Source: Podarcis vaucheri (taxonomy: Eukaryota). Taken from it: DNA of 64,000 nucleotides. Shown in pieces: positions 25,791 to 38,372 of this stretch. Where the stretch lies: NCBI GenBank assembly GCA_965113315.1, contig OZ220376.1, one strand, 5' to 3'. The first letter of the stretch is position 1. Every line of letters starts with the position of its first letter. A model generated the notes under the pieces. That model worked only from the letters and a program-made list of their open reading frames with translations. It did not search any database and was not told where the DNA came from. A program made the translations under genes and the position numbers.

Positions 25791-26624
25791 TGAGGTGCAA
25801 TGAGACCTTGAATAGAGTTAACACCTGATATAACAGGGAGATTACTTAAAACACGGAAGATACAAAAAAGTATTTTACACAGCACCTATGGAACTCAGTC
25901 CCACAGGGCCAGGGACAAAAGTGACAGTGCCAGGATTAAAAGCGCATAGGGCAACTGATGTGACTCTCACCTTTGCGCAGTACACTACAATCCAGCCGTA
26001 CAAAATCCAGGTTTCTGCGTACACACACTTTTCTATCCATTCAAGTAAACAAGAGTAATTGTCACAGTTCAAGGACATGTTCCAGCTAGACCAAGATGCT
26101 CAAAGAGGGTTTGGAGCAAGGTCAGAAAGGGGTGTGGTCTGTAGATAGAGGGCATGAGATGCAGAGTCCTGAGAGTAGGATAGAGAACAAAATAGAGAGG
26201 CATCACTTGACCCTCCCAGGCCTAAGGCTCCCTACCCTGACCCTAGAATTTCTCTAAATGCATAGCAGTGTTGGCCACATCAGTGGAGAGCACTGGGATA
26301 TGATCATATTGAACGTGCAGAAAACAGGACTACTTATTCCTGGTCCTCAGGAATGCAGCCAATACCTTTCAGAACAAAATATATTCACTAAGGATTTTGC
26401 ATGTATATTGTAAAAGCATGTGCAGTGAAAGGCAGGGGGGTTGCCAAATAAAGAATGGCACCAGGAAGGTGCTCAGTACATCTTTAAATGCAGATAATGG
26501 GTTACCTCAACATGCTTTATGTTTTGTTTTCAAGGAACCAGCCTGGGTTTAAAGGGTGGCAAAATCATGTCTTAATTCAGCCTTGCAGTTTGCTTCTTGC
26601 AGCTTGTTGGTGGAGGTGGGGTAG

Positions 26625-26825
<201 letters not shown>

Positions 26826-27061
26826 ACTACTCATTTCAAGGACTGACACTTTCATGATATATTGCAGCAAATGACAGACAGAGGGGGATTGTTGTTTGCA
26901 ATCTATTTGTATGTAACATGTTCAAGTTTCAAAATGTCCCTATTTTTCCTTCAGTACCCTTTTAGTTTTCTTTGAGTCTGGCAAAGTGCAGAATAGATTT
27001 TAAAAACCATGGAAAATTACTTGAAGCTACTTTTGTTTTCAAAAACTTTTGGTCTGCAAAT

Positions 27062-27067
27062 AATAAA
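27062..27067 (+). terminator. Candidate C15orf61 polyadenylation signal (AATAAA)
   Basis: AATAAA about 240 nt after the stop, followed by GT/T-rich downstream sequence. Confidence 0.55.
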
Positions 27068-27701
27068 TATAATAATGAAAATATACATTGTTGGGAATTG
27101 TCTTTGCTTATTTACTGATCATGTATCTTTTGGTGCAGTATCATACATGATATTGTTGTCCAACACTTGTAACACTATCCAAATGTGACTACTTCAGGGA
27201 TAGCCTGCATGGTGCCTCTGGATTCTTTTGGACTACATTTCCCATCAGCCCCAGCCAGAAAGGCCAATGGTCAGTGATGATAGTTGTAGTTCTGCAACAT
27301 CTGGAGGACTCAATGTTGGCTACCCCCATGAAGTAACTTTGATTTTTAAAACAAAAATAAAACTGATATGCAAAGGGCGGAGGTAAACAAGTCCTTTGTG
27401 TAAAAGTCCAGAAAACCAGAATTATTATTATTTCATTTTCACTTAGTAGAGTTTTGTGCATACCATTCTGGATTACTTAAGTAGGTTGTGGTGCTTAATA
27501 GAAGCTACACACAGACAGTTTGGATACAATCTGGTCCAAACTGAGCAGTTCAGTTCAACTGATTTCAGAGATGGGTTTAAGCATCTGCTTAACTCTCCTA
27601 TTGAACTTTAAAAAGTAACTTGGGGTTATGCTAATGTATAGTTAATACATGCAATGGTTTTGTGCTCTCCAAACTAAATATGCACTATTTAGTGCATATT
27701 T

Positions 27702-28070
27702 GGGACATGGGTGGTGCTGTGGTCCAATCGACTGAGCCTCTTGGGGTTGCTGATTGTAAGGTTGGCAGTTCGAATCTGTGCGATGGGGTGAGCTCCTGTT
27801 GCTTTGTCCTAGCTCCTGCCACCCTAGCAGTTCGAAAGCATACCAGTGCGAGTAGATAAATAGGTACCACTGCAGCAGGAAGGTAAACAGCATTTCCATG
27901 CACTCTGGCACTTATCACAGTGTTCTGTGTACCAGAAGCGGTTTACTCATGCAGGCCACATGACCCAGAAAGCTGTCTGTGGACAAATGCCAGCTCCCTC
28001 TGCCTGAAAGTGAGATGAGTGCCGCAACCCCATAGTCAGATTTGACTGGACTTAACCACCGTGGGGTCCT
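27702..28070 (+). mobile_element. Older, diverged Sauria SINE
   Basis: gggacatgggtggtgctgtgg head, gcagttcgaaagca, agtagataaataggtacc core; CpG-decayed. Confidence 0.85.
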
Positions 28071-29389
28071 ATTATTGCTTAATTGATGAAGAACAAAGTG
28101 TTGCACGACAGATTAAAATTTGGCTGGCAGCACTAAGACTGTATGGATAAATTTGATTTAAATTAGTTCAGCATTTTTTCCCCTCAGGAAGAGATATTTC
28201 TAGCATTGAAAATAAATATTGAATAATTATTTTTAAAGCGTAAAGCTACAATGAAATGTATGCACAAGTATGTGTCTTAAAATGCTTATTTCATATTTGA
28301 ATTGTGAATGGCTTGGCTTCTCTTCAAAGCAACTGTAAACAAATCTGTAATCAAGGAAACACTTAACGTAGTATATTTGGTACCGAGGAATATTTCTAAC
28401 ACAGGTTAAATAAATAGTTTACATTGTGGAGTAGCTGTTATACTATATTAAGCTTCATTAATAATAAAAGTGAGTATTAGCATTTTGCTAGATTAGCGGG
28501 AACTGATTTTTCCCAGTAATAGGCAAAATTAAATAAGTGCAACTCATAAGTTTAAAATCAAATACTTCTCATTCATTGCTCCTTATTTTGTCAATATTCT
28601 GCTGTAAATGTTTGGTCTCAACACAAGACTGATAAAATGTTTTTTAATTACCACACTATAAATACAGTTTTTCCTTGGAGTGGCCCCTCTGCTAGCTGCA
28701 GCGTATTTGATTTCTGATAATGGAGACTGCTGACTTTGCTTACCTGTTTTTCGATAAGTGGAAGCAACATGACTCCTTGTCCATACAGTGATGGGCATCC
28801 CTCCTTGGAGAACCTCTTTGACAAAGTACTCTATTGATCCACTAGAATTCAGTGCTGCTTGCAGCATTAAACAGAGACTTGATTTCTTGCTCTGCTCTCA
28901 CTGTGTAACAATTAAGCAAATGTAACATTTTCTTTTATTACATGAAAATCAATGGACCTCTTGCACTTCTGAAGTTGATCATGGTGAGGGATGAACTTGG
29001 AAGATGGCTGAGGGCAGAGTTCAAATATAATAATATCACTTGTTGGATTCATTAGGACCAGTGGGTGACCTGTTGAAGTACTTGAAGGGAACAAATGCTA
29101 CTCATAAAATGTTACACTTCTTGTGTATACATGAGAGAGTGTTTGTTCGTTTTTCAGGGATTATTCCTTTGGGGTGTCAACTAACTGAAGCCTGCTTCCT
29201 TTTGCTCATATGGCTGTGTAGGACAGATGATGTGTGACTATGGGATTTGGAACTCAATGCCTCAATGTCATGTCAACATTCACTGAAAACATGACTTTTT
29301 TTACACAGACTTTTAGGAATTGTTGACCCAACTGGATAGACTGGACTTCATATTTATTTCCTATTTAATTTAAATTATTGTTCTCTGCC

Positions 29390-29522
29390 TTATATCAAGC
29401 CAGACCATTAGTCCATCTAGCTCAATATTGTCTAAATTGATAGACTGTGGCTCTCGAAGGTTTCACACTCTCCCAGGTTTCCCTGGATATGCCTGGGATT
29501 GAACCTAGGGCCTTCTGCATGC
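29390..29522 (-). mobile_element. tRNA(Ala)-derived SINE fragment
   Basis: Reverse complement of the gcatgcagaagg..ggttcaatcc..atggac..tggtctg body. Confidence 0.7.
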
Positions 29523-31856
29523 ATTGTTGGATGAACCTGCTCCAAGAAGAGTTGGAAGCCAAGTGAGGCCCTTTAAGCCTCTGCTTCCCAGCCACTGCTT
29601 CCAGGCTCCTCCCACTTGTGAGAAACTTGAAAGGACCAGCGTTCTGACTTGGTGTGCTCACTGTGCACTTACTGTGAAAGGCACCTGGTTCCTCAGGGGA
29701 AGGGTCTGTGAGGTTCCTGCCCTGGTGCTGTGGCGACTTGTTCAGTTAGCTCCTGCCTGCCAGTCAGCCTCAAGTTCAGGGGGCCCCTAATCACCCATAT
29801 CCATCTCGGAGCCAAGAACCTGTGAGAAGGGGGGTTATTGTTTTGTTGTAATTATTTACTTGTGTTTTATTTATTGTTTTAATTCTGTAAACCGCCCTGA
29901 GATCTTTTGATGGACAGTATATAAATTTAACTTCTTCTTCTTCACCTAGTCCAGCTTCCTAGCCAGTGACAGTGTATGTCCTAGTCTCTGCTGGGCTTTG
30001 TGGTCATGACACTTGTTTGTCTCGCACTCCAGGAAAGGTCCACACAGGACCCACACAGGGTCATATATGTGGATATGCATGTATTTTTAACAATACATAT
30101 ATACCACTCAACTGTAATAAAACCTAAGCGCTTTAACAAAAAATCAAAATAATATATGGTCTCCATAGGAACTGAGAAAATACATAAATATTGATGTTAA
30201 GGGCCATTTGCACCTAGTATAAAATCAGCTTAAAAGAGTTATCTTGGTGACTAAACAATTAGCAGCTCCAGGTCAACTTTGCTAGCTGAGGAACATGGAT
30301 TAGTTCAGTCAGTTGGTCCAGAGCAGTTTCCAGCTGACGGCTTCAGGCTCATGTTTCTCAAATAACCTCCCTGCCCCTCCATGTTACATGGCGAACTGCT
30401 TTTGGATTTGAGGGGAACCCCCAATACCCCTGCTGATTCTTGGCCATTCTGTACAAGTGGCCATAAATTACTCTTGGCATGCAGTTTATACCCACTTCTG
30501 AAATGTACGTGTGTTATATATTTAAGATGACTGGAATACATAATGACCCTTAAACTTTCAGGAAATGTGATCTGCTGTATTCTCCTTTGAAACACAATAG
30601 GATTGGCCTTGTACCTCTTGCTTTAATTATCTCTTTCACTCTATACAAGGATGATGTTTAAAAGAGCTAGGGGGGTGACATTATAAAGGCCGAGAACTTT
30701 GTTGTTAAGCGCGATGAAACAAATGCCGATAACTGAAACCTTAGTCTTAACTCAGTTGATAGGTATCTGCATTTTTTCAGCATCCCCTTTTAAACAGTAA
30801 TGACTAGTGGGAGCATCTTAACCTAAACAAGTGCTTAGCCTGACATCTTACCTGGGTCAATGGTCTAAGGTATCGAAGTTAAACTGTGTTACTGTAAATT
30901 AATGGAAAATGTAACTGCGCTTTGCTGAAAGATCAATGTCCAATAAAGGCCACACAATCAAATCTTGTTGCAATGATTGAGGTCCTTAATTGCCTTTCAA
31001 AGATAAGGTGGTAATCAACATAGGTTAAACTGATCTTTTTTACTAGTTCAATTACATGCTAATGGCTTGTGCCAAGGCAGAATCTTTAACTACTTATATG
31101 TATTAAATCTTATGTTAGTAATGAAAAATTACTTAAGCTGCCCAATCAATAAAGTGAGAGTCTTAATTACTATATTTCACTTTTAGACCTTTTGTGTGTT
31201 TGACAAATTTGGTCCACTAGAGATTTCCCAACAATAAGAAACATTATTAACAGAAGCTCTGTTCCGTGGAGTATTGTTTGCTAATCCAAATGGCTGGGAT
31301 TTCTTGGGTGTTTTGTGTATTTGTGTTAATGTCCTGCTTGCATTAATGTCTACTAATGTCAATATGTAATGGTCTTAAGCATCTATGTTTGTATAAAGAT
31401 CGATTTCTCAGATCTGATGGGAATTTATTTTAATTCCAGAACTAAACCTAGCTTTAACCTGTACATTTTAAATTAAAAGCAATGAAAAACAAAACCGACA
31501 GAAGTCATGGAGAGTTGCTTCATTCTGGCACTTGGAAATGTGCGTACATACACATTTGGTGGTGGTTTTTTTGAGCCCAATAATGTAAATGGGACCGCAG
31601 AACTTACCTGCCAGCTCAGCTGAGATATCAGCAAGTTTTGGCTCCTACTCTCCTTGAACTCACTATTTTAGCTAGTCATTGCAGGAACTTTGTAACTCAG
31701 ATTCATCGTGTTTGTGCTTGCTTTTCCCCTCATCCTCCTCTTCCCTTCTCCTTTTGTGTCACATCTTTCAGACTGTAATCCTTAAGGTTGGCTTTATCTT
31801 ATTGATATTTGTAAGCTGCTTTGGGAGTCTTCTTTCGACTGGCATGCAGGGTTAAA

Positions 31857-32219
31857 GGTAAAGGTAAAGGTACCCCTGCCCGAACGGGCCAGTCTTGACA
31901 GACTCTGGGGTTTGTGCGCCCATCTCACATCTATAGGCCGGGGGCCAGCGCTGTCCGGAGACACTTCCGGGTCACGTGGCCAGCGTGACAAAGCTGCATC
32001 TGGCGAGCCAGCGCAGCACACGGAACGCCGTTTACCTTCCCGCTGGTAAGCGGTACCTATTTATCTACTTGCACCCGGGGGTGCTTTCGAACTGCTAGGT
32101 TGGCAGGCGCTGGGACCGAGCAGTGGGAGCGCACCCCACCGCGGGGATTCAAACCGCCGACCTTTCGATCGGCAAGCCCTAGGCGCTGAGGCTTTTACCC
32201 ACAGCGCCACCCGCGTCCC
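31857..32219 (-). mobile_element. Young full-length Sauria SINE
   Basis: Reverse complement nearly identical to 5091-5455; TSD GGCATGCAGGGTTAAA at 31841-31856 and 32220-32235. Confidence 0.93.
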
Positions 32220-32962
32220 GGCATGCAGGGTTAAAATCCTTTAAATAAATAAGCCAACATGTAAACTAGTGAAGCTGTTCATTTAGATATTTAAGGATTA
32301 GTGCTAATGTACAATAAATAAAACAATCAGCAAAAAAAAAAGGAAAGAAATCCAGTGACTTTCACGTTTCAAAATAGTCTTGTAAAATGGTATTTTAGGT
32401 ACTCTATTTGCTGAAAAACTCTTAATTGTACACAGAAAGTAAACTAATGCCTATTGTCATTCATGATTAATTGACCCATTCCAATTGTTTGGAGCTGTTG
32501 ACCTTGCAAAACCTGATATTTTGTAACTTTAAAAAAAATCTTCCATGAACAGTTTGGAAGAACACAGTAAAGCTACTTACAGAGATTAAATTAATGTACA
32601 GGTAGCCAGGTACATCAACACCAAACAAAACCCTGAGTTGAAACTAGTCAGGAAAATTTATCAGTGGAATATGCTTATGCTACATAGATTTGTGAAGCTT
32701 AATTATTTACATCACTTATTTCCTAAAATTCTAATATTAAATACATGGTGCTATATTTTATAAAATAATTAAATTTAATTAAATAATAATAATGCTATGA
32801 AGTGGCTCTTGAGGAATTCTGAATAGGTCACAAATACTTTCTCTGATGTCATGCATGTTCCATTGACAATGGACAGCTAAACAAAGATAAAATGAGAAGC
32901 ATTTGCTATTTAAAATGGAAATGTGGATTGACACTCATATACAATGGTAAGTAAGGGATAGT

Positions 32963-33228
32963 ACAGGGGTTGGGCCGGTTTGTGGTCCCGCAGACACCAT
33001 GGTGAGCCGGAGTGTGTGTGCGCGTGCACACGCATGCACAAATGCTATTTCCGGTGTGGAGGAGGCATGCACAGCTTCCCATTGGCTGCAGGAGCTTCCT
33101 GCAGCCAATGGGAAGCCGGCCAGCGTTGCAGAAGGCGGTCCCTGAGCAGGCGACGGGGTTCCACGGGCCGGTTAAACGACCCCCATGGGCCACTTGTGGC
33201 CCATAGGCCTTAGGTTGACAACCTCTAG
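32963..33228. mobile_element. hAT-like MITE
   Basis: caggggttgggc ... ggttgacaacctcta ends; GC-rich insert in an AT-rich context with an internal perfect palindrome. Confidence 0.6.
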
Positions 33229-34747
33229 GATAGTATAACAGTCTTTCTGCTTTAAAAAAAAGCAAGGTAGCATGGACAGACAGCCAAGTAGGCTTGCAAC
33301 CGGGTGGGCTACCTTACCTCCTTAAATTTTATCTGTAGCCCGCCCTAAATTTCGCTCTAAATAATTACATTTATGGTACATCCATAGCAACTGTCAATAT
33401 TATATCAGCATAAAGTTGATCTTGTTCTTTTAAGTTATCATAACAACATTACTGGAGCCCTGGATTTGAATGAACTTATACTACATTTTGCAGCAGTGAA
33501 GAAAATGTTTGTTATAAACTATGATTTCTAAACTAACTTTTGCTATAAACTATCCTCCAGTTGTAGCTTATTCTTGTTTCTTCTACTAGTGAGTTATTTT
33601 TTATTTTAATCTTTTTTGCTAATTGGTAGCAAGAAAGGTAACAATTGTTGAAGTTGCTTAGTGAATTTGTTTGAATGTTTAACTTGCAGTAAGGCTGCAA
33701 AAAATAAGGGTTAACTAAAAACAGTTTATGAACCTACCTTAAAAAGGCCCGCAGACCAGATAATCTACTTCCATACTTTTTTTGTCATTGTTCCCCCCAC
33801 CCACAAACTTATAGGCTGTCTACAGGCCTTAGATTTGCTTTAATGATGCTTTCACCATTTCAAGCACAGTTTATGAGCTCTGGACTGGTTCATTACAAAA
33901 CTTTTCTTCCAATTATACTAGTACTACTAATTGAACCCAAGTGCAAAACGTGATATAAAGCACTTGTTAACACAAAAGCCTGGCTTGCCTGCTATTCTGC
34001 CCCCTCCAAAGCTTTCATTAAAAAAAAATAGCAGTTTTAAAGAAAAGAACATATAAAGTTTCTCTTTTCGGGGGTAGGAGGAACAGGTAGAATTATGAAC
34101 GCTATAAAAACAACGTGCCTTAGTTAACCCGAATGCATAAATCTATTTGAATTCCTCTTCTTTGAAGAACTGACATTAAGATATGGTCATTATATGCCTT
34201 GTGATTCATGGGCCTTGTTACATATATGCTTTGTAATGTATGAATAATTTAGTAAGAAAAATCACAATAATTTTGTTGTTACTCAAAAATTTATAGCTTG
34301 GCAAAAACAATTACAGAGCCCCTGAAGCTGGTGGAAGGAGGTTGAGTAACATTGTTAATGTGGCCCAATCTGTACCTTTCATGCTGAATGTGTTCTGTAA
34401 TAATGTAGTGCATATTGCACTTAAGCACCTTTTCATTTTGTTTCACAGGAAAAGGGCAAAATTGCCAGCCTGTTGCAGTGAAAGGAATGGGATGCACACA
34501 CCAGTCAATGTACAGATAAAATAAATGATGTATTATTGGGTGGTAGCCCACTGTAAACAGGAGGGGGTTATAACCAAATATGGTCCAAAGTGACATTTGG
34601 AGGAAAAAATTGAGAATCTGATTATTGGCTGAAATATCTTAACTGTTGTTAAGACTAACAAAAATTAAACAAATTGATGGTGCATTTGTGTATGTCAAAG
34701 GGGCCTTTTTTCTAGTAATGCCCTCCACAGAACCATCTTACCTTTTA

Positions 34748-34910
34748 GGCTGCGTACACACCATATATTTAAAGCACATTACTTCTTCTGAGAATATTGG
34801 GAACTGTAGTTTGCTAAGGGTGTTGGGAATTGTAGCTCTAGGGGTAAACTACAGTCTCCAGAATTATTTGGAGAAAACAGTTTGCTTTATACGTATGACG
34901 TGCATACAAC
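34748..34910. mobile_element. Palindromic MITE (Harbinger-like); related copies at about 38390-38495 and 38905-39105
   Basis: ggctgcgtacacacc..tttaaagcac / gggaactgtagtttg..aagggtg..gggaattgtagc core recurs. Confidence 0.55.
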
Positions 34911-35191
34911 CTGAGTTATAGCAGGCAGAAACGTTGATAGTATCTCAGCGCCTGTTGAAAACTCGTTTACTCTCCCAGGCCATTTCTGACAATTAATGGT
35001 CAGTCTATTCTTGATCTGTTTGCTTTGGATCCACTGTTCTTATGATTATTACTTAGGTGTTGGCTTTACTGTGATTTTTACATTGTGCTGTACACTGCTT
35101 TGTGATTTTAAGTGAAAAGCAGTATTGAAATATATTTCTAATAAATGTGTTCTCCCTGCACTACTGTACATATTTGATCTGCTTGTTATTT

Positions 35192-35983
35192 GTGGAGAGG
35201 GGAAGGAATTCAGTCTTGCTCTTGGTACTGATCTGCTTTGTCACCATGGTTGGGTTCTGTAGAGCTATTTCAAGAGCACGCTCAGGATTGGATGGATATT
35301 CACAGTTGGGGTCTTGAACTGCAGACCCCAGTGCCATAACTACTTGAGTATCCCCTACATGCGAAGACAGGCTTTGGTGGATTGAGCAGACAAGACCAAT
35401 AGTGGATCCAACGTCAAGAAGGTGGTTTCTGCATGTTCTGGTGAGTGAAATGAGGGACAGATGGGGCTCATCAACCTGGGAAGGTAGCCCATCTAGGAGA
35501 AGGAAAACTCTTGGTCCTAAACCTCTACTGCCTTGTGGCTATACTCATTTGTGAGAAAGGATTTGGGAGTAAACCCTGAAGAACCATCTGTACCGACTGC
35601 CTTGTGGTACATCTTCGGGAGAAGAAAAGGCTAAGCAGTAAACCCTACCCAAATCAAGAGTGGAGTCCCTAAGGCAGTTGGATGGCATCTTGTATGCCTT
35701 CTTCTGGCAACTCCTGCAGCCCAACTGGTGCCAAGTGTATTGCTCTGCTTTCCTTTGGACCACATCAGCGAGGCCAAGAGGGGGATATTGTCTGGGCAGC
35801 CCAGGACCTTGATACACACTCCCCAGGCTAAAGTAGCAAAAACAACACAGGAGGCATTATAAAGTTATAAACTCAGAAGCTGTGAGCTCAACCAGATTGG
35901 CATACAGCCTAACAGTTTACTGGTAACTTCACCCTCAAAGGCACACTCCTCCATTGTCTCGGGAGACAGACGGATGCCAACAA
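35192..35983 (+). mobile_element. Non-autonomous RTE-like retroelement (5'-UTR-like region joined to a 3' stem-loop end)
   Basis: Contains ctaggagaaggaaaactc..aaacctc, a motif I associate with RTE-clade 5' UTRs; the 3' end ccattgtctc..gagacaga.ggatgccaacaa is shared with 42113-42265; no RT ORF. Confidence 0.55.
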
Positions 35984-37296
35984 GGGCCATATTTCTGACA
36001 CAAACGGCTTCAAACTTTTATCAGTTTTCAAAAGAAACTTGCCATTGTTGCCATGTGGAGTAGGAAACTGCTATTTGAGAAATACAGTATGTCTTAGCCA
36101 TGCAGAATGATTTGCACATATTTTTGGCTCCAGGACTGTTTTGGGGGTTGATAAAGAATGTATGCACATACTTCTGACATATTTGAATTTGCCTCCCTGA
36201 GTCATTTCAGGCTTCCCCAACCTGGGGTCTCCAGACGTTTTTGTGCTGGGAGTGCTTCCAAAGTTCTGTCTGTGTCATTTGATCCATATTTACGCATTCT
36301 CACATGCAAAGTACCGCTTGATGCTGCAGTAATCAAGCATAGTAGCCCCGTGACTCTATGATAGCATATATTGGTAGAGCTTGGAACATACAAGTGACAT
36401 TTGGGAAATTGTAAGTTGGAGTCTGGTAGAATTAATTCATGCTTCTCATCTGTTTAACCTTTGCACTACACAAACTCCTTTGGTACTGTGCTTTGAATAA
36501 ATTAATCAATAAATGTCTTAAGGGGTAACTCATTGACATTAAGTGATCTTGAGTATGCAATCTAAGTCAATGTCAGAGCCATTGTTTTATAGGACTAGAA
36601 TATTTTTTTCTAAGCTCTGTAGCTGGTTTGTTTGTTCCTGTATTCTCCATAGAATTGAAAACACTGCTGCTTTGCAAATATCTGAGGTGCTTTAGAAGGA
36701 AAAATATTAAAAAGCTGAAGTTTGATTACTGCTGTCTCAATGCAAACTGGAATAAGGAACTGCGGCAGAGAATAGCCATGTTGAAAAGCTACATAATATT
36801 TATGCAAATCTGGTAAGTTGAATTGGTTTTCCCTATAGGTTTATGAATGAATATATATATATATATTAGGGTGGGACTGTAAGGCCATAGAAAAGCTGTG
36901 ATTTCATAGCCTATTCTTTACAACTTAATAGAAAATGAATTTTCATTGAATGGTACATAGGGACTTCTGGCAGAAGGTTCATTTCAACAGCACTGAAAGT
37001 CCATGTGGACAGTCACTATTCCTGGAATATTCTCAAGATGAGACTATTAAGGGTTGGGGGGGGTTGGTACCAGTTTAAATTATAAAGTTATTGAACAGAA
37101 AGATAATTTATCTTCGCTAATGGCCATTCAAGGATTAAACTTAAAAAAGCCCTAAACCATCTAGAATTTTAATGAGTGGGAGCCAAAGACTTTCATGAAT
37201 TATATCAAATATTGCTAGCAGGGCTCTTCTTTATTTTTCTTCTTTTTTGGGGGGGGGTGTAATGAATTTGAATCAAATTATGAAGTTCGCCAATTA

Positions 37297-37522
37297 CAGT
37301 GGTACCTCGGGTTAAGTATTTAATTTGTTCCAGAGGTCCGTACTTAACCTGAAACTGTTCTTAACCTGAAGCACCACTTTAGCTAACAGGGCCTCCCACT
37401 GTCGCCACGCCGCCGGAGCACAATTTCTGTTCTCATCCTGAAGCAAAGTTCTTAACCTGAAGCACTATTTCTGGGTTAACAGAGTCTGTAACCTGAAGCG
37501 TATGTAACCTGAGGTACCACTG
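37297..37522. mobile_element. Tc1/mariner-type MITE, same family as 17919-18150
   Basis: TA-cagtggtacctcgggtta ... taacctgaggtaccactg-TA. Confidence 0.9.
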
Positions 37523-38121
37523 TACCTTGAATGATAAAGACTACAGCCTATTCACACATGGTATTGTACTGTATGAGCGTCTCTGTTTATTCTGCAGGAG
37601 CTGACACGCCCCCCTTTTTTTTACAAGTGCAAGGCATTATAGTGATACCCACCACATGGTGTTTGCACTCAGTATGTGTTAATCAGAGGATTACTGCTAC
37701 TGAACATGGAGGCTCTGTCCAATTGTCATGGCTAATAACCATCTAGACTTGTGACCATAAACTTACCTTGTGGCAATGAGTACCCAAAGTTAATACTCCA
37801 TTGCGTGAAAAAGCATTTTCCTTTGGAAACGAACTTAATAGTCAATGTATTTAATTGGATGAATGCTAGTATTAGGGCACTGGGATGGATGGATCACTTT
37901 CTCTCTACTGTTCATTTCCATATGATTTTTTAATCTGTCCTAGAGATGTGTTGGGCAAGGGGAGAGGGGGTTGCAAGAGAAATCTGGGATAGGTGCAGCA
38001 GAAGAAAGGGACTCTTGGGCACCTGTAAAGGTTTCAATGAGCAGGATTCACAGCACGTCTAAAGGCTTAATCCTGTCTAACAGAATTAGACAGAATGTGT
38101 CAGCTGTGATTTGTCTGGGGA

Positions 38122-38166
<45 letters not shown>

Positions 38167-38372
38167 TTTATTATTTATACCCCACCCATCTGGCTGGGTT
38201 TCCAGATAGGCTTACAACCTATCTAAAAACATAATAAAGACATCAATCCTTAAAAATTTCCCTAAACAGGGTTGCCTTCAGATATCTTATAAAAGTCTGA
38301 TTGTTGTTTCTTTTCTTGACACCTGAAGGGAGGGCGTTGCACAGGGCGGGCCCCACTACTGAGAAGGCCCTC
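38122..38372 (-). mobile_element. L2-type LINE 3' end with an adjoining (AAT)15 microsatellite (38122-38166)
   Basis: Minus strand RAFSVVGPALCNALPSGVK...FIRYLKATLFRE matches the L2 C-terminus (RAFSVAAPxLWNxLP). Confidence 0.8.

Noticed and set aside
28583-30595. Minus-strand ORFs (28583-28867, 28912-29094, 30305-30595) as a hidden gene
   Set aside because: No recognisable homology; the candidate acceptor near 28900 leads to stops in all frames tested
35589-35640. Canonical HDV-like ribozyme
   Set aside because: P1-, P2- and P4-like pairings and GCTAA are present, but only about 5 nt are available for P3/L3/P1.1, too short for the canonical fold; kept only as an unclassified structured motif
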